Shown: piece by piece, positions 24,388 to 38,213 of the stretch
Numbering within the stretch: position 1 is the first letter of the stretch
Layout: each line of letters begins with the position of its first letter
Assembly (NCBI GenBank): GCA_002269645.1
Contig: NIVC01003056.1
Location: 11,334 to 75,333 of the forward strand
Length of the DNA stretch: 64,000 nt
Direction of reading: 5' to 3'
Source: Macrostomum lignano
Lineage: Eukaryota
Made by a program: the position numbers and the translations under genes
The notes under the pieces: model-generated
Databases searched by the model: none
What the model was told of the DNA's origin: nothing
What the model saw: the letters and a program-made list of their open reading frames with translations, nothing else

Positions 24388-25250
24388 AAGACAGCAAGCA
24401 CCCCCCTCCAAAAGTAAACAACCGCAGATAGCAAGCATCCTCTAATGCTCATAGCAAGCATCCTCTAATGCTCATAGCAAGCATCTGCAGATAGCAAGCA
24501 TCTGCAGATAGCAAGCATCCCCCAGATAGAAGCATCCACCCAGATAGCAAGCATCCTGCAGATAGCAAGCACCCCCCAGATAGAAGCATCCACCCAGATA
24601 GCAAGCATCCTGCAGATAGCAAGCACCCCCCAGATAGAAGCATCCACCCAGATAGCAAGCATCCTGCAGATAGCAAGCACCCCCCAGATATTATCGAAGC
24701 ATCCACCCAAATAGCAAGCACCCCCCAGATATTATCGAAGCATCCACCCAAATAGCAAGCATCTGCAGATAGCAAGCATCCCCCAGATAGAAGCATCCAC
24801 CCAGATAGCAAGCATCCTGCAGATAGCAAGCACCCCCCAGATATTATCGAAGCATCCACCCAAATAGCAAGCATCTGCAGATAGCAAGCATCCCCCAGAT
24901 AGAAGCATCCACCCAGATAGCAAGCATCCTGCAGATAGCAAGCACCCCCCAGATATTATCGAAGCATCCACCCAAATAGCAAGCATCTGCAGATAGCAAG
25001 CATCCCCCAGATAGAAGCATCCACCCAGATAGCAAGCATCCTGCAGATAGCAAGCACCCCCCAGATATTATCGAAGCATCCACCCAAATAGCAAGCATCC
25101 TGCAGATAGCAAGAATCCCTAAATAGCAAGCATCCCTGGATAGAAAGAATCCCATACTTGTAGCCAGTACCCCCCCTCCCAAATAGCAAGTATCCCCCCT
25201 CTAGAGCAAGCATCCTCCAAATAGCAAGCATCCGCGAGACAGCAAGTAGC
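24388..25250. repeat. GATAGCAAGCA(T/C)CC-core compound minisatellite in unit M1
   Basis: Compound 16-20-bp subunits, repeated in larger blocks. Confidence 0.93.
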
Positions 25251-25429
25251 TAGTGCAAATGTTACCTCCGCTAATGCAATAATCGCTTTCTCAGGTTGTG
25301 CAACGATCCACGTCTCAGTGAGCGCAATAATCTCTTTTTTAGACAGCGCAATAATCAGCTTCTCAGCTAGTGCAATAATCCTTTACTCATCAAGTTCAAA
25401 AATCGATGTCTCAGCTAGTGCAATAGCCC

Positions 25430-26110
25430 TTTCAAATCTAGTGCAATAATCCTTGGTTTATCAAAGTGCGATAATCCTTGGCTTATCAAGTGCAATAATC
25501 CTTGGCTTATCAAGTGCAATAATCTTTGGCTTATCAAGTGCAATAATCCTTGGTTTATCAAGCGCAGTAATCTTTGGCTTATCAAGTGCAATAATCTTTG
25601 GTTTATCAAGCGCAGTAATCTTTGGCTTATCAAGTGCAATAATCCTTGGTGTATCAAATGCAATAATCTTTGGCTTATCAAGTGCAATAATCCTTCGTTT
25701 ATCAAGCGCAGTAATCTTTGGCTTATCAAAAGCAATAATCTTTGGTTTATCAAGCGCAGTAATCTTTGGCTTATCAAGTGAAATAATCATTGGCTTATCA
25801 AGTGCAATAATCCTTGGTTTATCAAGTGCAAAAATCCTTACAGTAATCCTTGGTTTATCAAGTGCAATAACCCTTGGGTTATCAAGTGCAATAATCCTTG
25901 GCTTATCAAGCGCAAAATTCCTTGGCTTATCAAGTGCAGTAATCCTTGGTTTATCAAGTGCAATATTATTTGGTTTATCAGGCGCAGTAATTCTTGGTTT
26001 ATCAAGAGCAATAATCCTTGGTTTATCAAGTGCAATATTATTTGGTTTATCAGGCGCAGTAATTCTTGGTTTATCAAGTGCAGTAATCCTTGGTTTATCT
26101 AGCGCCATAA
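25430..26110. repeat. 24-bp minisatellite AGTGCAATAATCCTTGGCTTATCA in unit M1
   Basis: About 28 units. Source of the ORFs at 25415-26115. Confidence 0.95.
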
Positions 26111-26159
26111 TTTAGGTCTTTTTAATTAGTTTTTTAATAAAAGCTAATAAAAAGTACAA

Positions 26160-26552
26160 GACATTCTTAGAATACATAGTAGAAGACATTCTTCGAATAG
26201 AAAGTAGAATCGATTCTTAGAATACAAAGTAGAAGACATTTTTAGAATACAAAAGTAGAAGAGATTCTTAGAATACAAAGTAGAAGACATTCTTAGAATA
26301 CAAATTAGAAGACATTATTCGAATAGAAAGTAGAATAGATTCTTAGAATACAAAGTAGAAGAGATTCTTAGAATACAAAGTAGAAGACATTCTTAGAATA
26401 CAAAGTAGAAGACATTCTTAGAATACAAAGTAGAAGACATTCTTAGAATCAACAAAGTAGAAGAGATTCTTAGAATAGAAAGTAGAAGACATTCTTAGAA
26501 TACAAGTAGAAGACATTGTTAGAATGCAAAAGTAGAAGAGATTCTTAGAATA
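26160..26552. repeat. 25-bp minisatellite TTCTTAGAATACAAAGTAGAAGACA in unit M1
   Basis: About 15 units. Confidence 0.95.
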
Positions 26553-27744
26553 GATTTATATATTCAACACTCACACCACGTCAATTGAGTTCAAGTCACA
26601 CGAAAAGTTAGGACATAATCAATTTCTTAGGCAAGTCAGTACCAGTCTCTATTAAAGTTAGCAATATGGTTACGCAATATAAATCAAGTGTTGTGCTATG
26701 CTTCCACACTGCGTTTTCAATACTGTGACGCAATTCAATTCAGTGTCAAAATTCTGCCAGTACACAGACGATAAATAAAAAGCCTATTGTGATGCAATCT
26801 ATTTCAGAATCAGAATTCAACCAGTCAGTTTTTTCTCTAGCATTCTTACAATGCATTTCAAGTCGAAAAGTTTGCTTGACCTTTGCAAAAAAGCATGTTT
26901 TTCGAATATTTAATCCCTTTAGCATTTAGAAATTTCTTAGCCAAGATACATGTACCGTCCCGGGAAAATTTCTGATCGAACAGTGCAAATTCGAACAAAA
27001 TCGGTTGAGCCTTTTGGGAGATAATCGATTTCGTACAAACAAACAAACATCACATTTTTAGTATTGACCTACTAGCAATCTTCGCCCCCCGATGGGGGAC
27101 ATCTAGATAGAATCTCTGTTCTCTACAAGTATCAATAAGATGGCCAAACAAAGCCTTCACATAGTCAATAGAAAAACTGCTCAGATGAAGTGCAATGCAA
27201 AAAGAAAACATCCTAAGACAGCAAGCATCCCCCCAGATAGCAAGCACCACCAGATAGCAAGCACCTCCAGATAACAAGCACCCCCAGATAGCAAGCACCC
27301 CCAGATAGCAAGCACCACCAGATAGCAAGCACCTCCAGATAACAAGCACCCCCAGATAGCAAGCACCCCCAGATAGCAAGCACCCTCAGATAGCAAGCAC
27401 CCCAGATAGCAAGCACCCCCAGATAGCAAGCACCCTCAGATAGCAAGCACCCCAGATAGCAAGCACCCCCCCAGATAGCAAGCACCCCCAGATAGCAAGC
27501 ACCCCCAGATAGCGAGCACCCCCAGATAGCAAGCACCCCCAGATAGCAAGCACCCCCAGATAGCAAGCACCCCAGATAGCAAGCACCCCAGATAGCAAGC
27601 AACCAATTGATAGCAAGTATTGATCCTATACTAAATAGCAAGCATCCACCGGACAATAAGTAGCAAGTGCAACAATTTCCTTAGCTTTATAATGGCTCCT
27701 TTGTGATTGGCATGACGCTTCTTTTTACGTTTGAAATTGCGTCT

Positions 27745-29020
27745 CCTATGTTTGACATGGTGGCTCTTTAATGTTCGACATGCTGGCTTTTTACTGTTAG
27801 ACATGGTGGCTCTTCTATGTTTGACGTGGTGGCTCTTCTATTTTTGACATGGTGGCTCTTTAATGTTCGACATAGTGGCTCTTTAATGTTAGACATGGTG
27901 GCTCTTCTATGTTTGACATGGTGGCTCTTCTATTTTTGACATGGTGGCTCTTTAATGTTCGACATGGTGGTTCTTTAATGTTTGACATGGTGGTTCTTTA
28001 ATGTTCGACATGGTGGCTCTTTAATGTTCTACATGGTGGCCCTTTAATGTTCGACATGGTGGCTCTTTACTGTTAGACATGGTGGCTCTTTTAGGTTTGA
28101 CATAATGGCTCTATAATGTTTGACATGGTGGCTCTTTAATGTTCGATATGGTGGCTCTTTTATGTTAGACATGGTGGCTCTTTAATGTTCGATATGGTGG
28201 CTCTTTAATGTACGACATGGTGGCTCTTTACTGTTAAACACGGTGGCTCTTTAATGTTTTACATGGTGGCTCTTTAATGTTTGACATGGTGGCTCTTTAA
28301 TGTTCGACATGGTGGCTCTTTAATGTTCGAAATGGTGGCTCTTTAATGTTTGACATAAAGTCACATATATGTTTGACATGGTGGCTCTTTAATGTTCGAA
28401 ATGGTGGCTCTTCAATGTTCGAAATGGTGGCTCTTTTATGTTCGACATGGTGGCTCTTTTAGGTTTGACATGGTGGCTCTTAAATGTTTGATATGGTGGC
28501 TCTTTAATGTTTCACATGGTGGCTCTTTAATATTTGACATAAAGTCACATATATGTTTGACATGGTGGCTCCTAAATGTTTGACATGGTGGCTCTTTATG
28601 TTTGACATGGTGGCTCTTTTATGTTCGACATGGTGGATCTTTTTTGTTCTACATGGTAACTCTTTTATGTTTGATACGGTGGCTTTTTAATGTCTGACAT
28701 GTTGGCTCTTTTATGTTTGACATGGTGGCTCTTTAATGTTCGACAAAGTGGCTCTTTTATGTTTGACATGGTGGCTCTTAATTGTTTGACATAGTGGCTC
28801 TTTAATGTTCAAAATGGTGGCTCTTTAATGTTCGAAATGGTGGCTCTTTAATGTTCGAAATGGTGGCTCTTTAATGTTCGAAATGGTGGCTCTTTTATGT
28901 TTGACATGGTGGCTCTTAAATGTTTGACATGGTGGCTCTTTAATGTTCGACATGGTAGCTCTTTTATGTTTGACATGGTAACTCTTATGTTCGATATGTT
29001 GGCTCTTCTATGTTTGACAT
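27745..29020. repeat. 23-bp minisatellite ATGTTTGACATGGTGGCTCTTTA (unit M2)
   Basis: About 55 units; same monomer as 30415-32215 and (inverted) 49262-51295. Confidence 0.96.
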
Positions 29021-29071
29021 TGCGCTTCTTTGATGTTTAGCAGTTTTGTTGTGTTTTTAAGGTGTTTTAAT

Positions 29072-29150
29072 AAAAAAAATCTTTTTGCACTACTAAGATT
29101 CGAACCCAGGTCGCTACATTAGCATTCTAGTCTGTTCGCATCAGGGCTAT
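29072..29150 (-). promoter_or_regulatory. tRNA-derived A/B-box cassette plus T-run in unit M2
   Basis: TAGCCCTGATGCG...GGGTTCGAATC, then T8. Confidence 0.5.
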
Positions 29151-30414
29151 CTCTTTTCAATTGGAGAACATGAATTGTGGCCCTTATAATTCAATTCTTA
29201 CAGCAAGTCAATTGGAGTAAAAAGTTATGACATAATCAATTTCTCAGTCAGCCAGTATCAGTCTCAATTTAAGTTAGCAATATGGTTACGCAATTTAAAT
29301 CAAGTCGTGTGTGCATTTCTTTGACACTGTTTTCAACTTGTTGTGATGCAATCTTTATCACAATCGGAATTCAGTCAGTCAGTTTTTTCTCTAGCATTCT
29401 TACAATGCATTTCAGGTCGAAAGAGCTGCTTGACCTTTGCAAAAAAGCATGTTTTTCGAATATTTAATCCCTTTAACATTGAGCAATTTCTTAGCCAAGA
29501 TGCATGTACCGTCCCAGGAAAATTTCTGATCGAATGGTGCAAGTTTGAAGAAAATCGGTTGAGCCAATTTTTCTGAAATCTATCGCATACCCACAGACAA
29601 CTCATTTTTAGTATATAGGACTAGCAATCTTTGCCCCCCGATGGGGGACATCTGGATAGAATCCTTGTTTTTTACAAATAACAAATAGACGGCGAAATAA
29701 AGCCTTCAGAAAAAACAACAGACATTTCCTCTTAAAAACAAAACATCCCAAGACAGCAAGCATCCTCAGACAACATTCAAGCATTGATCCCCAAATAGCA
29801 AGCATCCCCCAGACTGCAAGCATCCCCCAGATAGCAAGCATCCCCAGATAGCAAGCATCCCTCAGACTGCAAGCATCCCCCGATAGCAAGCATTCCCCCA
29901 GACCCCAGATAGCAAGCATCCCCCAGATAGCAAGCATCCCGCAGATAGCAAGCATCCCCCAGATAGCAAGCATTCCTCAGATAGCAAGCATCCCCCAGAT
30001 CGCAAGCATCCCCAGATAGCAAGCATTCCCCCAGACCCCAGATAGCAAGCGTCCCCCAGATAGCAAGCATCCCGCAGATAGCAAGCATCCCCCAGATAGC
30101 AAGCATCCCGCAGATAGCAAGCATCCCCCAGATAGCAAGCATCCCCCAGATAGCAAGCATCCCCCAGATAGCAAGCATCCCCCCCCAGATAGCAAGCATC
30201 CCCCAGACAGCAAGCAACCCCTGATAGCAAGCATAACCTGGATACAAAGATACCTTATAGATATCTAGCAACCCCCTCTCAGATAGCAAGTACTCTCCAC
30301 CCCCAAGAGCAAGCATCCCCCTGATAGCAAGTATCCATCCTTAAATAGCAAGCATCCACCAGAGAACAAGTAGCTAGTGCAACAATTTCCTTAGCTTTAT
30401 AATGGTTTCATTTT

Positions 30415-32215
30415 GTTTGGCATGACACTTCTTTTATGTTTGAAATGGTGTCTCTTTTTTGTTTAAAAAAGTGGCTTTTTAATGTTTGACATGGTAGCTC
30501 TTTTGTGTTTGACATGATAGCTCTTTAATGTTGGACGTGGTGGCCCTTTTGTGTTTGACATGGTAGCTCTTTAATGTTTGACATGGTGGCTCTTCTATGT
30601 TTGCCATGGCGGCCCTTTTACGTTTGAAATGGTGTCTCTGTTATGTTTGACATGGTGGCTTAGTTGTTTGACATGGTGGCTCTTCTATGTTTGACATGGT
30701 GGCTCTTCTATGTTTGACATGGCGGCCCTTTTACATTTGAAATTGTGTCTTTTTATATTGGGCATAATGGCTCAATAATGTTTTGACATGGTAGCTCTTT
30801 TATGTTTGATATGGTGGCTCCCTTATGTGTGACATGGTGTCTTTTTTATTTTTAATGTTTGACATGGAGTCATATATGTTTGACATGGAGTCATATATGT
30901 TTGACATGGAGTCATATATGTTTGACATGGTGGCTCTTTAATGTTTGACATGGAGTCACGTATATGTTTGACATGGTGGCTCTTTAATGTTTGACATTGA
31001 GTCACGTATATGGTTCACATGATGGCTCTTTTATGTTTGACATGATGGCTCTTTTATGTTTGACATGGTAGCTCTTTTATATTTTACATGGTGGCTCTTT
31101 TATGTTCGACATGGCTGATCTTGAATGTTTGACATGGTGGCTCTTTAATGTTTGACATGGTGGCTCTTTAATGTTTGACATGGTGGCTCTTTTATGTTTG
31201 ATATGGTGGCTCCTTAATGTTGAACATGGTGGCTCTTTAATGTTCGACATGGTGGCTCTTTTATGTTTGACATGATGGCTCTTTTATGTTTGACATGGTA
31301 GATCTTTTATGTTTGACATGGTGGCTCTTAAATGTTTGAAATGTTGTCTCTGTTATGTTCGACATGGTGTCTCTTGAATGTTTGACATGGTGGCTCTTTA
31401 ATGTTTGACATGGTGGCTCTTTTATGTTCGACATGGTGGCTCTTTTATGCTCGACATGGTGGCTCTTTAATGTTTGACATGGTGGCTCTTTAATGTTCAA
31501 CATGGTGGCTATTTTATGCTCGACATGGTGGCTCTTTTATGTTTGACATGGTGGCTCTTAAATGTTTGAAATGTTGTCTCTGTTATGTTCGACATGGTTT
31601 CTCTTGAATGTTTGACATGGTGGCTCTTTAATGTTTGACATGGTGGCTCTTTTATGTTTGACATGGTGGCTCTTTTATGCTCGACATGGTCGCTCTTTTA
31701 TGTTTGACATGGTGGCTCTTAAATGTTTGAAATGTTGTCTCTGTTATGTTCGACATGGTGGCTCTTTTATTTTTGACATGGTAGCTCTTTTATATTTTAC
31801 TTGGTGGCTCTTTAATGTTTGACATGGTGGCTCTTCAATGTTCAAAATGGTGGCTCTTTAATGTTCGACATGGTGGCTCTTTAATGTTTGACATGATGGC
31901 TCTTTTATGTTTGAAATGTTGTCTCTGTTATGTTTGACATAGTGGCTCTTTAATGTTCGACATGGTGGCTCTTTTATGTTTGACATGATGGCTCTTTTAT
32001 GTTTGAAATGTTGTCTCTGTTATGTTCGACATGGTGGCTCTTTAATGTTTGACATGGTGGCTCTTTAATGTTTGACATTGAGTCACGTATATGTTTCACA
32101 TGGTGGCTCTTTTATGTTTGAAATGGTGGCTCTTTTATGTTTGACATGGTGTCTCTTCTGTGTTCTACATGGTGGCACTTTTTTTTGTTTGGCATGGTGG
32201 CTCTTTTATATTTGA
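30415..32215. repeat. 23-bp minisatellite ATGTTTGACATGGTGGCTCTTTA (unit M3)
   Basis: About 75 more diverged units. Confidence 0.96.
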
Positions 32216-32263
32216 CATTGCGCTTCTTTTATGTTTAGCATTTTGTGTTTTAAAGTGTTTTAA

Positions 32264-32342
32264 TAAAAAAATGTTTTTGCACTACTAAGATTCGAACCCG
32301 GGTCGCTACATTAGCATTCTAGTCTGTTCGCATCTTGGCTAT
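32264..32342 (-). promoter_or_regulatory. tRNA-derived A/B-box cassette plus T-run in unit M3
   Basis: TAGCCAAGATGCG...CCCGGGTTCGAATC, then T7. Confidence 0.5.
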
Positions 32343-32953
32343 CTCTTTTCAATTGGAGAACATGTATTGTGGCCCTTATAATTCAATTCTTATAGCAAGT
32401 CAGTTAGAGTAAAAAGTTATGACATAATCAATTTCTCAGTCAGCCAGTATCAGTCTCAATTCAAGTTAGCAATATGGTTACGCAATTACAATCAAGTCTT
32501 GTGTGCATTTTTTCGACACTGTTTTCATCTTGTTGTGATGCAATCTTTATCACAATTGAAATTCAGTCAGTCAGTTTTTTCTTTCGCATTTTTACAATTC
32601 ATTTCAGGTCGAAACAGCTGCTTGACCTTTGCAAAAAAGCATGTTTTTCGAATATTTAATCCCTTTAAAATTGAGCAATTTCTTAGCCAAGATGCATGTA
32701 CCGTCCCAGGAAAATTTCTGATCAAATGGTGCAAGTTTGAAGAAAATCGGTTGAGCCACTTTTTCTGAAATCTATCGCATAGCTAGTTAGTTACAGACAT
32801 TTCATTTTTAGTATATATGATTTAAAATGACATCCTATACGCATTCCAGTATGTCAAATATATTCATAACAAAAAATTACATTTTGTTAAAAGCAGAAAC
32901 AACTGCTTTCGCACCTAATTACGCCAATTGTGAGTCTTCTCCTCTCCTCTCTC

Positions 32954-34239
32954 TCCTAATACTAAAGTTGGTGCGATGATTGTTTGTTTGTTTGTCTGTT
33001 TGTTTGTGTGTTGCATAACTCCTCCTAGAATACTTGCAAGTCAGCGTTGAAACTTATATGGGGAAACTGCAAATTTTCCGGGGACTGCAGTGGGCTATTT
33101 CAATTTTTTATTTTCACATTTTAAGATCCTTAAAAAAGCAGAAAACTGATTTCCTAACCTTCTCTGGACACTTTTTCTGCTCGGAGCCGAAAATTTGCAT
33201 GATTTTGAGCGATTGCGCCACAACTTTCTCCTATCTCTGTAGTGTATTTTCTCGCCAGTGGGGGTTGGTCGCGTTCTCAGTGGCAGCGTGTGTACAAGCG
33301 GACCCCGGCTGAAAAATTGAACTGTGTGTATTTCGTGGGGTGGTGGGTAAGTAAGCGCAATTATATGGCTATTGTGCTGAGATTCAATTGGTTTTATTAT
33401 CAGCGCCTTTCAATTGACTGCCCTGTGCATTGGTTAGACAGTGAAATTCAATGAATAAACTTGCGGGCCTCTTTAGCAGGCAGTGAACGTATGAACGTAC
33501 ACTCAATATTGCAATGCTATAAATCGGCAAATTTCAAACTCAGACTGTTGCTGGAGTTTTTAACTTTGAGAGGAGAGACTTATATTGCTGGAAAGAACTT
33601 GCAACGCTGAGTTCGGGGATATAAATTGTTTGCTTTAAATATGAAAACTAAATGCTCTGCATTGGAAAAACTATTTCCATACTTTTAACTTATTGCAAAG
33701 ATTGTACTCATTTTAGGAGTTCAATGGTGTTCGACTGACCCCCCAACAGTTGGGGGGGGGGTTCAATTTCTAATTGCCACTGCGTATTGGAAGGGGGTCG
33801 GTCGCTGTGTATTGGATGGAGGGTTGATTTAGATTGCGCAATATTTTTGTTAACTTTAACTGAGACTGATACTGACTGACTTAGAAATACGAGCGTAAAT
33901 TGCGCAATCTTTTGATTCAATTATCTCATTTTTTATCGGACCTTTTCAACACGCAGCTCTGTGCAGCTCCAACCCTAACCCTAACCCTAACCACTGAATC
34001 CTGAGAGTTTAGTTGTTTGACGGAGAAACTTTCGATTGAGTCCAGTTTCACGGAGAGGATTTCTGTTTCGCGGAGAGGATTTCGATCGTGTTCAGTTTCT
34101 CAGAGAGGATTTTGATGGATTTGGAGAACAGTTAGATAATGGGATTCGGGTCTTGGGATTCAGCTGATGGAGTTCAGGGAATGGAATTCCGGTGATGGGA
34201 GTTCTTCCCCTTTCTCCTCCATCGGAGGAGTTGGCCTCG
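32954..34239 (+). mobile_element. Helitron-like unit P1 (family A)
   Basis: 5' TC-CTAATACTAAAGTTGGTGCG + (GTTT)n. 3' CTCCTCC-ATC-GGAGGAG-TTGGC-CTCG. Confidence 0.75.
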
Positions 34240-34242
34240 TCG

Positions 34243-35436
34243 TCTAAATACTAAAAGTGGTGCGTTGTTTGTCTGTGTGATACATATCTCCTCCTAGACG
34301 ACTTGCAAGTCAGCGTCGAAACTTATATGGGAAAACTGCAAATTTTCCGAGGATGGCAGTGGGCTATTTCAATTTTTTATTTTTGCATTTTAAGATCCCG
34401 AAAAAAGCAAAAAACTGCAATATTGACCTTTGATAATCTTATTTGTCCCCTCTTTCTGCTTGGAGCTGAAAACTTGCATGAATTTTGAGTGATTGCGCCA
34501 TAACTTTCTCCTATCTCTGCAGTGTATTTTCTCTCCAGTGGGGGGTGCTTGCGTTCTCAGTGGCGGCGTGTGTACACTTGGACCTTGGCGCACGGGCTGA
34601 CTGTATAGACAATCGCGCAACGATATGTGCTCTGATTTTCAATTAGGCAGCCCGGTGTATTTTTTGCACACTGAAATTCAATGCATCAACTTGCGAGCCT
34701 TTTTAGCAGGCAGGTGAACGTACACTCGATACTTCAATGCTTTAAATCGGGACATTTCAAACGCAAACTGTTCTTCGAGTTCTAAACTTTAAAAGAATAT
34801 ACTTATATTGCTGGAAAGATCTCGCAACACTGAGTTCGGGGATATAAGTTGTTTGTTTTAAATGTGAAAAGAAAAAACACAGCGATCGAAAACAACTTCC
34901 ATACTTTTTACTTTCTGGAAATATTGTACTCATTTTGGGGTTCAATGGGGGTTCGACCAACCCCCCAACAGTTGGTGGGAGGGGGGGGGCGGTTCAACTT
35001 TCAATTGCCACTGCGGAAGGGGGTCAGTCGCTGTGTATTGGAGGGTTGATTTAGATTGCGCAATCATTTCGTTAACTTTACCTGAGCCTGATACTGACTG
35101 AATGAGAAAACGGTTGCGCAATAAATTGATTCAATTAATTCATATTTTTATCGGCGCCTTTCAACCCGCAGCTCTGTGCAGCTCTAACCCTAACCCTAAC
35201 TAATGAATCCTGAAAGTTGAGTTCTCTTTGACGGAGAAAATTTCGATTGGGTCCAGTTTCGCGGAGAGGATTTCTGTTTCGCGGAGAGGATTTCGATGGT
35301 GTTCAGTTTCACGGAGAGGATTTTAATGGATTTGGAGAACAGTTAGATGATGGGATTCAGCTGATGGAGATCAGGGAATGGAATTCCGGTGATGGGAGTT
35401 CTTCCCCTTTCTCCTCCAGAGGAGGAGTTGGCCTCG
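34243..35436 (+). mobile_element. Helitron-like unit P2 (family A, alpha subfamily)
   Basis: 5' TC-TAAATACTAAAAGTGG. 3' CTCCTCC-AGA-GGAGGAG-TTGGC-CTCG. Near-identical to P5 and P8. Confidence 0.78.
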
Positions 35437-38213
35437 TCTATATATACTAAAGTTGACGCGTTGTTTGTCTGTCTGTCTGTGTGTCTGTCTGTCATTTCGA
35501 CAACTCCTCCTTGAATAGTGGCAACTCAGCGTTGAAACTTATATGGGAAGATTGGAAATTATCCGAGTTCGGCTATAGGCTATTTTAATTCTGAAATTTT
35601 AATTTCTAAAATCCTCAAAAAAGCAGAAAACGGCGGTCTTGACCTTTGATAATCTTAATTGTCCCCTCTTTCTGCTTGGAGCTGAAAATTTGCATGAATT
35701 TCAAGTGATTGCGCCACAACTTTTCCCTATCTCTGCAGTGTATTTTCTCTCCAGTGGGGGGATGGGGCGTTCTAAATGGCTGCCTGTGTACAATCGGACC
35801 CTGGCTCACTGGCTGACTGTATAGACAATTGCGCAAAGATTTGTGTTCTAATTTTCAATAGGCAGCCCTGTGATTTTGTTGAACGTTGAAATTCAATGCA
35901 TAAACTTGCGGGCCTCTTTAGCAGGCAGTGAACGTACAATCGATATTTCAATGCTTTAAATCAGAAAGTTTCAAACGCAAACTGTTGCTCGAGTTTTTAA
36001 CTCTGAGAGAAAAAATTTATATTGCTGGAAAGAACTTGCAAAGCTGATTTCAGGGATATAAATTGTTTGCTTCAAATATGAAAACTAAAAGCTCTGCATT
36101 GCAAAAACTATTTCCATACTTTAAACTTTCTGCAAAGATTGTACTCATTTTGGCGAGAGGTGAGAGATAAAGTTGGGGGTTTCGACTTCCAACTGGCGCT
36201 GTGTATAGGAAGGGGGTCAGTTGCTTTGTATTGGAGGGTTGATTTAGATTGCGCAATGTTTTTGTTAACTTTAACTGAGACTGATACTGACTGACTGTGA
36301 AATCGGTTGCGCAATGAATTGATTCAATTAGTTCAATAGTTTATCAGTGCCTTTTAACACGAAGCTGTGCGTAGTTCTAACCCTAACCCTAACCCTAACC
36401 AATGAATCCGGAGAGTTGAGTTGTTTGACGGAAAAAATTGATTGAGTCCAGTTTAGCGGAGACGATTTCAATGTTTTAATTTTGACAAAGAGGATTTCTG
36501 TTTCGTGGAGAGGATTTCGATGGTGCTCAGTTTCACGGAGAGGATTTTGATGATGTTCAGCTTCACGGAGAGGATTTCTGTTTCGCGGAGTTAAATTTAT
36601 GATTGATTTCTGCTTTATGGAGACGATTTTGATAGATTTAAGTTTCAAGGAGAGGATTTCGAAGGTGTTCAGTTTCACGGAGAGGATTTCGAAGGTGTTC
36701 AGTTTCACGGAGAGGATTTCGATGATGTTCAGCTTCACGGAGAGGATTTCTGTTTCGCGGAGATAATTTATGATTGATTTCTGTTTTATGGAGACGATTT
36801 TGATGGATTTAAGTTTCAAGGAGAGGATTTCGAAGGAGTCCAGTTTCACGGAGAGGATTTCGATGGTTTTCAGTTGCACGGACAGGATTTCTGCTTCGCG
36901 GAGAGGATCTTGATGGATTTGGCATCTTCAATCAGTCAGAGAAGAGAGTAAAGAGAAGAATGAAAAGAGAAGAGAGATGAGATGATAGAAAACAGAGTAG
37001 AAATGAGTGGAGAGATTAGACATGACAGATGGGAGAGAAGAGGAAAGTAAGGCGGGAACGAAGGAGAGAGAAGAGAAGAGGAGAGAGGAGATGAAGGGAG
37101 AGGATATGAGAGAGGAGATATGAGATTGCAGAGAGGAGACAGGATGGAGAAGAAAGGAGGGACAAGAGCGTACAGAGGCAATAGAAGAGAGGAAAGAGAG
37201 GAGAGAGGTGAGAGGTGAGAGGAGAGAGATGAAAGATCAGAGATCAGAGATTTAAGAGAAGAAAGTAGTGAGGAGAAAGAAGAGGGTAAAGATGAGAGTG
37301 CAGAGAGGAGAGAAACGAGAGGAGACAGGTGGTAGAAAGGAGTGTAAAAACAGCAGATAAGAAAGGGGAGGGTGAGAGTGAGAGCATATAGGAAAGTGTA
37401 AAAGGGGAGCAGAGGAGAGAGAATATATAAGTGAGTAGAGAAGAGATATGAGAGAGGAAAGACGAGGGGAGAGAGGAGACAGGAGAGAGTAAATTTGAAA
37501 GACCTGGGAGAAGAGATAAAAAAGATAGTACAGATGAGAGGAGAGAGAGAGAGGAGAGATGAGAGATGCAATGAGAAAAGAGATGAGTGAGAAAATAAGA
37601 GAGAGAAGAGATTAGAGATTAGAGAAGAGATGAGGGGAGATGAGAGTAGAGAAGAGAGAATGGAGAGGAGAGAAAAGAGAAGAGAGGAGACAGTTGATGC
37701 AGTAGAAAGGAGGGAAGAAAGATGGGAGATAAGAAAGGAGAGGGTGAGAGCGTATAAGAGATACGAGAAATGAGAGCAGAGAGAAGAGAGAAAAAAGAAG
37801 AGAGAAAGTAGAGCGGAGACGATAGATAAGTGATTAGAGATTAGATATGAGAGAGGAGAGAAAAGGGGAGAGATAAGATAGAAGATAGGAGAGTAGACAG
37901 GATAGGGTACAGACGAAAGACGAGGGAGAAGAGATAAATAAGGGAGTAGAGATAAATAAGAGAGTAGGGGTAGAGATGAGATGAGAGAGAGGAGAGAGAA
38001 GCGAGTCACGATAATAGCGAAGAGAGGAGAGAGTAGATATGAGAGACGTAAGAGTCTTTGAGCTATGGTCTTTGAAAGATTTTGTAAAGAATTTGGAGAC
38101 GATTTGGAAGATAGGGTTAAAGACATGGAATTTCAGTTGATGGATATTTCAGGGAATAGAATTCCGGTGATGGGAGTTCTTCCCCTTTCTCCTCCGAAGG
38201 AGGAGTTCCACTT
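35437..38213 (+). mobile_element. Helitron-like unit P3 (family A) with 30-bp array and 1.1-kb polypurine tract
   Basis: 5' TC-TATATATACTAAAG. GGAGAGGATTTC-core repeats at 36490-36910 and AG tract at 36935-38055. 3' CTCCTCC-GAA-GGAGGAG-TTCCACTT. Confidence 0.75.

Larger units (their letters stand above)
24134..27067 (-). mobile_element. Non-autonomous Helitron-like unit M1 (family C)
   Basis: Minus strand 5' TC-AATACTAAAAATGTGATGTTTGTTTGTTTG...GGCTCAACCGATTTT. 3' hairpin CCCC-GAA-GGGG followed by ...GATTG-CTAG|T. The internal core is homologous to units M2, M3 and P11. Confidence 0.75.
27072..29620 (-). mobile_element. Non-autonomous Helitron-like unit M2 (family B)
   Basis: 5' TC-CTATATACTAAAAATGAGTTGTCTGTGG. 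3' GTCCCCC-ATC-GGGGGGC hairpin + GAAGATTG-CTAG. Contains the core, tRNA-like cassette, 23-bp array (27745-29020) and GATAGCAAGC array (27215-27660). Confidence 0.8.
29621..32820 (-). mobile_element. Non-autonomous Helitron-like unit M3 (family B)
   Basis: Canonical A|TC-ATATATACTAAAAATG 5' end at 32820. The 3' hairpin + CTAG is joined directly to the TC of M2. 23-bp array at 30415-32215 and GATAGCAAGC array at 29745-30360. Confidence 0.8.
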